This document shows, in pieces, positions 1 to 9,760 of a stretch of 64,000 bases of DNA. The DNA is taken from the NCBI RefSeq assembly GCF_009914755.1, contig NC_060943.1; one strand, 5' to 3'. The notes beneath the pieces were generated by a model. The model made no database searches. It was not told the DNA's origin and saw only the letters and a program-made list of their open reading frames with translations. Positions within the stretch are counted from its first letter, which is position 1. Each line of letters starts with the position of its first letter. The translations under genes and the position numbers were made by a program. The DNA is from the human T2T-CHM13v2.0 reference genome, Homo sapiens.

Positions 1-1043
1 GAAACTTCTTTCTGATGTGTGCATTCATCTCACGAAATTGAACCTTTCTTTTGATTGAGCAATTGGGAAACAGTCTTTTTGTAGTATCTGCAAGTGGATA
101 TTTGGAATGCTTTGAGGCCTATGGTGAAAATGGAAATATCTTCACATAAAAACTACAGAGAAACATTCTGAGAAACTTCTTTGTGATGTGTGCATTCATC
201 TCATAGAGTTGAAACTTTCTTTTGGTTGATCAGTGTTGAAACACTCTTTTTGTGAATCTGTAAGTAGATACTTGGAGCGGTTTGAAGCGTATGGTTGAAA
301 AGGTAGTATCTTCACATAAAAAGTAGACAGAAGCATTCTGAGAAACTTCTTTGTGACATGTGCATTCATCTCACAGATTTGAGACTTTCTTTTAATTGAG
401 CAGTTTTCCAAGCAGTCTTTTTGTAAAATCTACAAATGAATATTTGGAGCGCTTTGAGGTCTATGGTGAAAAAGGAACTATCTTCACATTAAACCTAGAC
501 AGAATCATTCTGAGAAATTTCTTTGGATATTTGCATTCATCTCACAGACTTGAATATTTCTTTTGATTGAGCTGTTTGCAGACAGTCTTTTTGTAGTATC
601 TGTAAATGGATATTTTGAGTGCTTTGTGGCCTATGGTGAAAAACGAAATATCTTCACATAAAAACTAGACAGAGGCATTCTGAGAAACTTCTTTGTGATG
701 TGTGCATTCATCTCATGGAGTTGAACCTTTCTTTTGATTAAACAGTTTTCAAACACTCTCTTTGTCGAATCTGCAAGTGGATATTTGGAGCACTTTGAGT
801 CCTGTGGTGGAAAGGAAATATCTTCACATAAAAACTAGAAAGAAGCATTCTGAGAAACTTCTTTGTGATGTGTGCATTCATTTCACAGAGGTGAACATTT
901 CTTTTGATTGAGTAGTTTGGAAACAGTCATTTTGTAGAATCTGCAAAGGGATATTTGTGATCCCTTTGAGGCCTATGAGGAAATAAGAGATATCTTCACA
1001 TAAAAACTAGACAGAAGCATTCTGAGAAACTTCTTTTTGATGT
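1..1043 (+). repeat. Monomeric alpha satellite (~171 bp units, A-type, no CENP-B box), old pericentromeric layer
   Basis: About six diverged tandem copies of CATTCTGAGAAACTTCTTTGTGATGTGTGCATTCATCTCAC...GGCCTATGGTGAAAA.GGAAATATCTTCACATAAAAACTAGACAG at ~171 bp spacing. No TTCG....A..CGGG motif. Confidence 0.97.
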
Positions 1044-1397
1044 TGTGTTCAGAATTGGTGGGTTCTTGGTCTCACTGACTTCAAGAATGAAGCCCCGTAC
1101 CCTCGTGGTGAGTGTTACAGTTCTTCAAGGTGGCGAGTCCGGTTTTTGTTCTTTCTGATGTTCAGATGTGTTCTGAGTTTCTTCCTTCTTGTGGTTTTGT
1201 AGACTTGCTAGCTCAGGAGTGAAGCTGCAGACTTTTGCGGTCAGTGTTACAGCTCTTAAGGCAGTGCATCTGGAGTTTTCCATTCCTCCCAGTGGACTCG
1301 TGGTCTCGGTCACTTCAGGAGTGAAGCTGCAGAGCTTCACCTTGAGTGTTGCAGCTCATAAGGGCAGTGTGGACCCAAAGAGTGAGCAGCAGCATTA

Positions 1398-1403
1398 TTT
1401 ATT
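1398..1403 (-). terminator. LTR polyadenylation signal AATAAA (R region)
   Basis: TTTATT on + (AATAAA on -) in the LTR12 context TTTGCAATAAA...TGCTGCTGCTCACTCTTTGGGTCCAC. Confidence 0.65.
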
Positions 1404-1484
1404 GCAAACAGTGAAAGAACAAAGCTTCCACAGTGTAGAAGGGTCCCCTAGCAGGTTGCCACTGCTGGCTCTGGCAGCCTGCTT

Positions 1485-1499
1485 TTTATTCTCTTATCT
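1485..1499 (-). promoter_or_regulatory. LTR12 core promoter: GATA site plus AATAAA TATA-like box
   Basis: The minus strand reads GGGGCCAGATAAGAGAATAAAAAGCAGGCTGCC, matching the ERV9 LTR proximal promoter arrangement. Confidence 0.7.
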
Positions 1500-1554
1500 G
1501 GCCCCAACCACTTCCTGCTGATTTGTAGAGCCCAGTGGACTGTTTTTACAGGGC

Positions 1555-1929
1555 ACTGATTGGTGCCTATACAATCCCTAAGCTAGACACAAAGGCTCTT
1601 CATGTCCCCACCAGATTAGCTAGATACAGAGTGTCAACACAAAGTTATCCAAGGCCCCATCAGAGTAGCTAGATACACGGTGTCGATTGGTGCATTCACA
1701 AACCCTGAGCTAGACACAGGATGCTGATTGGTATGTTTACACACTTTGAGCTAGATACAGAGTGTGATTGGTATATTTATAATCCCTGGGCTAGACATAA
1801 AGGTTCTCCCAGTCCCCATGAGAGTAGCTAGATACAGCATGTCAATTGGTGCATTCAAAATCCCTGAGCTAGACACAGGGTGCTGATTGGTGTGTTTACA
1901 AACCTTGATCTAGATACAGAGTGCTCATT
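1555..1929 (-). promoter_or_regulatory. LTR12 U3 tandem enhancer repeats (~40 bp) with multiple CCAAT (NF-Y) boxes
   Basis: ATTGG (CCAAT on -) at ~1559, 1686, 1727, 1767, 1845 and 1886, interleaved with GCTAGA(C/T)ACA repeats. Confidence 0.8.
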
Positions 1930-1945
1930 ATGTGAGCACTGGAAA

Positions 1946-4900
1946 TATATGAAGATATTTCCATTTTCACCACAGGTCTCAAACTGCTCTCAAATATCCC
2001 TCTGCATATTCTGCAAAAAACTGTGTCCAAACTGTTCAATCAAAAGAAATTTTCACCTCTGTGAGATGAATGCACCCATCACAAAGAAGTTTCTCAGAAT
2101 TCTTCTGTCTAGTTTTTATATGAAGATACTGCCCTTTTCACCGTAGGCCTCAAAGCACTCCAAATATCCATTTGAAGATTCCACAAAAAGACTGTTACCA
2201 AACTGCTCAATCAGAAGAAAGGTTCAATTCTGTGAGAGGAAAGCATACATCACAAAGAGGTTTGGCAGAAAGCTTCTGTCTACTTTTTATGTGAAGATAC
2301 TTCTTTTTCACCTGAGGTGGCAGAGATCAGAAATATCCCAATGCAGATTGTACAAAAAGATGGTTTCCAAACAGCTGAACCAAAAGGAAGTTTCAACTCT
2401 GTGAGATGAATGGACACCTCACAAAGAAGTTTCTCAAAAAGCGTCTGTCTAGCTTTTACATGAAGGTATTTCCTTTTCCACCATATGTCTCAAACCGCTC
2501 ACAAATATTCCTCTGCAGAATCTACAAAAAGTCTGCTTCCAAACCACTCAATCAAAAGAAAGGTTCAACTCAGTGAGATGAATGCAAACCCCACAAAGAA
2601 GTTTCTCAGAATGCTTCCGTCTAGTTTTTATATGAAGAAATTTCCTCTTCCACCATAGGCCCCAAAGCACTCCAAATATCCATTCACAGATTCTACAAAA
2701 AGACTCTTTCAAAACTCCTCAATCAAAAGAAAGATTCAGCTGTGTGAGGTGAAAGCACACATCACAAAGAAGTTTCTGAGAATGCTTCTGTCTAGTTTTT
2801 ATGTGAAGATATTTCATATTACACCCCAGGCCTCAATGACATCACAATTATTCCTTTGACGATTCTACAGAAAACTGTTTCCAAACTGCTCAATGAAAAG
2901 AAAGGTTCAACTCTTTGAGATGAATGTGCACATCACAAAGCAGTTTCTCAGATTACTTTTGTCTAGCTTTCATGTGAAGATATTTACATTTTCAACATAG
3001 GCTTCAAACCGCTCATAAATATCCATCTCCAAATACTACAAAAAGACTGTTTCTAAACTGTTAAATCAAAAGAAGTTTCAACTCTGTGAGATGAATGCAG
3101 ACATCACAAAGAAGTTTCTCAGAAAAGTTCTGTCTAGTTTTTATGTGAAGATATTTCCTAATTCAACATGGGCCTCAAAGGCCTCGCAAATATCCCTTTA
3201 CAGATTCTACAAAAAGATTGTTTCCAAACTTCTAAATAAAAATAAAAGTTCAACTCTGTGAGATGAATGCACACATCACAAAGCAGTTTCTCAGAATGCT
3301 TCTGTCTAGTTTCTATGTGAAGATATTTCCATTTTCACAATAGGCACAAAACTGCTCACAGATAACCCTCTGCATATTCTGCAAAAAGACTGCTTCCAAA
3401 CTGCTCAATGAAAAGAAATATTCATCTCTGGGAGATAAATGCAGTCATCACAAAAAAGTTTCAAAGAAATCTTCTGTCTAGTTTTTATGCGAAAATATTA
3501 GCTTTTTCACCATAGGCCTCAAAGAGGTCCAAATATACATTTGCAAATTCTACAAAAAGATGGTTTCCAAACTGCTGAATCAAAAGAAGATTTCAACTCT
3601 GTGAGATGAATGTACATATCACAAAGAAGCTTCTAAGAATGTTTCTGTCTAGTTTTTATGTGAAGATATTTCCCTTTTCACCACAAGCCTCAAAGCGCTC
3701 CAAATATCAATTTGCAGATACTATAAAAAGACTGTTACCAAACTCCTCAATCAAAACAAAGTTTCAAGTCTGTGAGATGAAAGCAAATATCACAGAGAAG
3801 TTTGGCAGAAAGCTTCCACCAAGTTTTTATTTGAAGATATTTCTTTTTCAACATAGGCTGCAAACCACACAGAAATATAGCTTTGCAGATTGCACAAAAA
3901 CACTGTATCCTAACTTCTCAATAAAAGGAAAGGTTCAACTCTGAGAGATGAAAGCTCACATCACAAAGAAGTTTCTCAGAATCCTTCTGTATTGTTTTTA
4001 TGTGAGGATATTTCCTACTTCACCTTGGGCCTGAAAGGTTTCACAAATATCCCTTTGCAGATTCTACAAAAAGACTGTTTCCAAACTGCTCAATCAAAAG
4101 AAAGGTTCAGCTCTGTGAGATGAATGCACACATCACACAGCAGTTTTGCAGAATGTCTCTGTCTAGTTTTTATGTGAAGATATTTCCATTTTCACCATAG
4201 GTCTCAAACAGCTGAGAAATATCCCTCTACAAATGCTACAAAAACACTGTTTCCAAACTGCTCAATTAAACAAAAGGTGCAACAGTGTGAGGTGAATGAA
4301 CAAGTCACAAGGAAATTGCTCAGAAATCTTCCATTCCTTTTTAATGTGAAGATATTAGCTTTTTCACTTTAGGCCTCAAAGAGGTCCAAATATCTATATG
4401 CAGATATGACAAAAACACTTTTTTCAAACTTCCCAATGAAAAGAAAGGTTCAACACTGTGAGAAGAAGGAACAATCAAAAAGAAGTTTCTCAGAATGATT
4501 CTGTGAAGTTTTTATGTGAAGATATATCCTTTCCAGCTATAGGCCCCAAAGAACTCCAAATATCCATTTGAAGATACTACAGAAAGAGTGTTTCCAAACT
4601 GCTCAATCAAAAGAAATGTTCAACACTGTGAGTAGAATGCATACATCACGAAGACGTTTCTGAGAATGCTTCTGTCTAGACTTATGTGAAGATATTTCCT
4701 TTTCCACCGTAGGCCCAAAAGCCCCCCAAATATCCACTTGCAGATACTACAAAAAGAGTGTTTCTAAACTGCTCAAGAAAAAGAAAGGTTGAACTATGTG
4801 AGATGAATGTACACATCACAAAAAGTTTCTGAGAATGCTTCTGTCTAGATTTTATGTGAAGATATTTCCTTCTCCACCATAGGCCTCAAACCACTCCAAT

Positions 4901-7900
4901 TATCGATTTGCAGATAATACAGAAAGAGTGTTTCCAAACTGTTCAATCAAAAGAAAGGTTCAACTCTTTGAGTTCAATGCACACATCACAAAGCAGTTTC
5001 TGAGAATGCTTCTGTCTAGTTTTCATGTGAAGATATTTCCTTTTCCACCATAGGCCTCAAAGTGCTCCAAATATCCACTTGCAGATTCTACAGAAAGAGT
5101 GTTTCAAAACTGCTCTATGAAAAGGTATGTTCAACTCTGTGAGTTGAATGCAAACATCACAAAGAAGTTTCTGAGAATGCTTCTGTCTAGTTTTTATGTG
5201 AAGATATTTCCTTTCCCACCATAGCCCTCAAAGTGCTCCAAATGTCCACTTCCAGAGTCTACAAAAAGAATGTTTCAAAACTGCTCTATCAAAAGAAAGG
5301 TTAAACTCTGTGAGTTGAATGCACACATCACAAAGTATTTTCTGAGAATGCTTCTTTCTAGTTTTTATATGAAGATATTTCCTTTTCTACCATAGGCCTC
5401 CAAGAGCTCCAAACATCCACTTGCAGATTCTCCAAAAAGAGTGTTTCAAACTGCTCTATCAAAAGGAGGGTTCAACTCTGTTAGTTGAATGCACACATCA
5501 CAAAGAAGTTTCTGAGAACGCTTCTGTCTAATTTTTATGTGAAGATATTCCCGTTTCCAACAAAGGCTTCAAAGCGGTCCAAATATCCACTTGCAGATAC
5601 TACAAAAAGAGTGTTTCAAAACTGCTCAATGAAAAGAAAGGTTCAACTCAGTGAACAGAATGCAACATCACAAAGAAGTTTCTGAGAATGCTTCTTTTTT
5701 GTTTTTATGTGAAGCTATCTCCTTATACACCATAGGCCTCAAAGCACTCCAAATATCCACTTGCAGATTCTACCAAAGAGTGTTTCAAAACTGGTCAATC
5801 AAAAAAAAGTTTCTACTCTGTGAGATGAATGCACACAACACAAAGAAGTTAATGAGAATGCTTCTGTCTACTTTTTATATGAAGATATTCCCTTTTCAAC
5901 TATAGGCCTCAAAGCACTCCAAATATCCATTTGCAGATAATAGAAAAAAAGAGTGTTTTCAAACTGCTCAATCAAAAGAAAGATTCAACTCTGTGAGTTG
6001 AATGCACCCATCACAAAGAATTTTGTGAGAATACTTCCGTCTAGTTTTTATGTGAAGATATTTCCTTTTCCACCATAGCCCTCAAAGCCCTCCAAATATC
6101 CACTTGTAGATTCTACAAAAAGAGTGTTTCCAAACTACTGAATCAAAAGAAAGATTCAACTCCGTGAGATGAATGCACACATCACAAAGTAGTTTCTCAG
6201 AATGCTACTGTCTACCCTTTATATGAAGATATTTCCTTTTCAACTACAGGCCTCAAAGCTCTCCAAATATCCACTTGCAGAAACTAACTGCAAAAAGAGT
6301 GCTTCTACACCGCTCAATCAAAAGAAAGGTTCAATTCTGTGAGTTTAATGCACACATCACAAAGAAGTTACTGAGAATGCTTCTGTCTAGTTTTCATGTG
6401 TAGATATTTCCTTTTCCACCATAGGCCTCAAAGTGCTCCAAATATGCACTTGCAGATTCTACAAAAAGAGTGTTTAAAACTGCTCAATCAAAAGAAATGT
6501 TCAACTCTGTGAGATGAATGCACACATCCCAAAGAAATTTCTCAGAATGCTTCTGTCTACTTTTTATGTGAAGATATTTCCTTTTCAGCTGTTGGCCACA
6601 AAGCATTCCAAATATCCATTTGCAGATACAGCTAAAAGATTTTTTCCAAACTGCTCAATCAAAAGAAATGTTCAGCCTTCTGAGTTGAATGCACACATCA
6701 CAAAGAAGTTTCTGAGAATGCTTCTGTCTAGTTTTTATGTGAAGATATTTCCTTCTCCACCATAGACTTCAAACCACTCCAATTATCCATTTACAGATAC
6801 TACAAAAAGAGTGTTTCAAACTGCTCAATCAAAGAAAGCTTCAACTCTTTGAGTTGAGTACCCACATAACAAAGCAGTTTCTGAGAATGCTTCTGTCTAA
6901 TTTTCATGTGAAGATATTTCCTTTTCCACCATAGGCCTCAAAGCGCTCCAAATATCCACTTGTAGATTCTACAAAAACACTGTTTCGAAACTGCTCAATC
7001 AAAACAAGAGTTCAAACCTCTGAGTTGAATTAAAACATCACAAAGAAGTTTCTGAGAATGCTTCTGTCTAGTTTTTATGTGAAGATATTTCCTTTTCCAC
7101 TATAGGCCACAAAGCACTCCAAATATCCACTTGCAGACCCTACAAAAAGAGTGTTTCAAAACTGCTCAGTCAAAAGAAAGGTCGAACTCTGTGAGATGAA
7201 TGTACACATCAGAAAGAAGTTTCTCAGAATGCTTCTGTCTAGTTTTTATGTGAAGATATTTCCTTTTCAACTATAGGCTTCAAAGGGCTCCAAATATCCA
7301 TTAGAAGATACTACAAAAAAAGAGTGTTTCCAAACTTCTCAATCAAAAGAAAGGTTCAACTCTGTGAGTTGAATACACACATCACAGAGAAGTTTCTGAG
7401 AATGCTTCTGTCTAATTTTTACTTGAAGATATTTCCTTTTTCACCATAGGCCTCAAACTGCTCCAACTATTCACTTGCAGATTCTACAAAAAGAGTGTTT
7501 CAGAACTGCTCAATCAAAAGAAAGATTCAGCTCTGTCAGATGAATGCACACATAACAAAGAAGTTTCTGAGAATGCTTCTGTCTAGTTTTTATGTGAAGA
7601 TATTTCCTTTTCCACCATAGACATCCAAGGGCTCCAAATATCCACTGGCAGTTTCTACAGAAAGAGTGTTTCAAAGCTTCTCAATAAAAAGAATATTTCA
7701 ACTCTGCGAGATGAATGCACACATCGCAAAGAAGTTTCTGAGAATGCCTCTGTCTGGTTTTTGCATGAAGATATTTCCTTTTCCACAATAGGCCTCAAAG
7801 CGCTCCGAATATCCACTTGCAGATTCTATAAAAAGAGTGTTTCAAAACTGCTCAGTCAAAAGAAAGACTCAACACTGTGAGATGAATGCACACATAACAA

Positions 7901-8865
7901 GAAGTTTCTCAGAATGCTTCTGTCAAGTTTTTATGTGAAGATATTTCCTTTTCAATTATAGGACTCAAAGAGATCCAAATATCCATTGGCGGTTACTACA
8001 AAAAAGAATGTTTCCAAACTTCTCAATCAAAATAAATGTTCAAATCTGCGAGTTAAAGGCACACATCACAAAGAAGTTTCTTAGAATGATTCTGTCTACT
8101 TTTTATGTGAACATACTTCCTTTTCCACCATAGGCTTAAAGCACTAACAATACCCAGTTGCAGATTCTACAGAAAGAGTGTTTCAAAACTGCTCAATCAA
8201 AAGAAAGGTTCAACTTTGTGAAATGAATGCAGACACCACAGAGTAGTTTCTGAGAATGCTTCGGTCTAGTTTTTATGTGAAGCTATTCCCTTTTCCACCA
8301 TTGGCCTCAAAGTGCTCCAAATATCCACTTGCAGATACTACAAAAAAGCGTTTCAAAACTGCTCAATAAACAGAAAGGTTCAACTCAGTGAGATGAATTC
8401 AAACATCACAAAGAAGTTAATGAGAATGCTTCTGTCTAGTTTTTATGTGAAGATATTTCCTTTTCAGCTATAAGCCTCAAAGGGCTCCAAATATCCATTT
8501 GCAGTTACAAGAAAAAAAGAGTGTCTCCAAACTGCTCAATCAAAGGAAAGGTTCAACTCTGTGAGTAGAATGCACACATAACAAAGAAGTTTCTCACAAT
8601 CCTTCAGTCTGCTTTTTATCTGAAGATATTTCCATTTCCACCATGGACATCAAAGTACTCCAAATATCCAGTGGCAAGTTCTACAAGAAGAGTGATTCAA
8701 AGCTGCTCAATAAACAGAAAATTTCAAAGCTGCGAGATGAATGCACACATCACAAAGAAGTTTCTGACAATGCTTCTGTCTAGTTTTTATGTGAAGATAT
8801 TTCCTTTTCAAGTATAGGCCTGAAAGCGATCCAAATATCCATTGGCAGATACTACAAAAAAGAGT
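1946..8865 (-). repeat. Inverted block of monomeric alpha satellite (~40 monomers)
   Basis: Units read GAAGATATTTCCTTTTCCACCATAGGCCTCAAAG...CACATCACAAAGAAGTTTCT(C/G)AGAATGCTTCTGTCTAG, the reverse complement of the flanking satellite. Spacing ~171 bp, high divergence, no intact CENP-B boxes. Confidence 0.97.
5549..5565 (-). promoter_or_regulatory. Single degenerate CENP-B box (B-type monomer) in the monomeric layer
   Basis: TCCCGTTTCCAACAAAG, i.e. CTTTGTTGGAAACGGGA on -, one C>T change (at a CpG) from the canonical box. Confidence 0.8.
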
Positions 8866-8948
8866 TCAACCTTTCTTTTCATAGAGCAGTTTGGAAACAC
8901 TCTATTTGTAAAGAAGTCTGCAAGTGGATATTTGGATCTCTTTGAGGC

Positions 8949-8965
8949 CTTCGTTGGAAACGGGA
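8949..8965 (+). promoter_or_regulatory. First canonical CENP-B box; the box position recurs every ~340 bp to the window end
   Basis: CTTCGTTGGAAACGGGA, an exact match to the 17-bp CENP-B box. Confidence 0.95.
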
Positions 8966-9299
8966 TTTCTTCATATAATGCTAGACAGAAGAATTCTCAG
9001 TAACTTCTTTGTGTTGTGTGTATTCAACTCACAGAGATTAACCTTCCTTCAGACAGAGCAGATTTGAAACAGTCTTTTTGTGGAATCTTCAGGTGGAGAT
9101 TTCAAGCGCTTTGAGGCCAATGGTAGAAAAGGTAATATCTGCGTAAAAACTAGACAGAATCATTCCCAGAAACCATTTTGTGATGTGTGCATTCAACTCA
9201 CAGAGTTTAACCTTTCGTTTCATAGAGCAGTATGGAAACACTCTGTAAAGTCTGCAAGTGGATATTTGGACCTCTTTGTGGCCTTCGTTGGAAAAGGGA

Positions 9300-9760
9300 T
9301 TTCTTCATATAAAACTAGACAGAAGAATTCTGAGAAACTTCTTTGTGATGTGTGCATTCAACTCACAGAGTTGAACCTTACTTTCGAATGAGCAGGTATC
9401 AAACACTCTTAACGTAAAACTTCCAAGGGCATACTTAGAGAGCTTTGAAGTCTACAGTAGACAACGAAATATCTTCATGTAAAAACTAGGCAGAATCATT
9501 CTCAGAAACCACATTGTGTTTTGAGCGTTCAACTCACAGAGTTTCACCTTTCTTTCCATAGAGCAGTTATGAAACACTCTCTTTGTAGAATTTGCAAGGG
9601 TGTATTTAGAGGGCTTTAAGGCCTACGGTAGAAAAGGAAATATCTTACCATAAAAACTAGACAGAAGCATTCTCAGAAACTAAGATGTGATGTTTGCATT
9701 CAACTCACAGAGTTAAATATTCCTTTTGACAGAGCGGGTTTGAAACACTCTCTTTGAGGC
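9300..9760 (+). repeat. Atypical consecutive A-type monomers (archaic SF01-like) breaking the dimer register
   Basis: GCAAGGGTGTATTTAGAGGGCTTTAAGGCCTACGGTAGAAAAGGAAATATCTTACCATAAAA and its neighbours differ strongly from the J1/J2 pattern. Two box positions in a row lack a CENP-B box. Confidence 0.6.

Larger units (their letters stand above)
1044..1929 (-). mobile_element. ERV9 long terminal repeat (LTR12 family), 3' end intact, 5' part of U3 missing
   Basis: Begins TGTGTTCAGAATTGGTGGGTTCTTGGTCTCACTGACTTCAAGAATGAAGCC, the reverse complement of the LTR12 3' terminus. It has U5 repeats GGAGTGAAGCTGCAGA (~1216, ~1318) and U3 tandem repeats CTGAGCTAGACACAGGGTGCTGATTGG. It stops within the U3 repeats. 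Subfamily not resolvable by eye. Confidence 0.93.

Noticed and set aside
1125-1521. 71-aa and 110-aa ORFs in the non-satellite segment
   Set aside because: They lie within LTR12 R/U5 repeats and have no gag/pol/env motifs. Spurious translations.
1040-1933. Intact solo LTR with ATGT target-site duplication
   Set aside because: The 5' U3 and terminus are absent and satellite orientation flips. A 4-nt match is weak and is kept only as an alternative reading of the junction.
1946-8865. Single clean inversion with reciprocal breakpoints
   Set aside because: No LTR remnant is present at 8865, and the right flank is a different, younger family, so the two junctions are not reciprocal.
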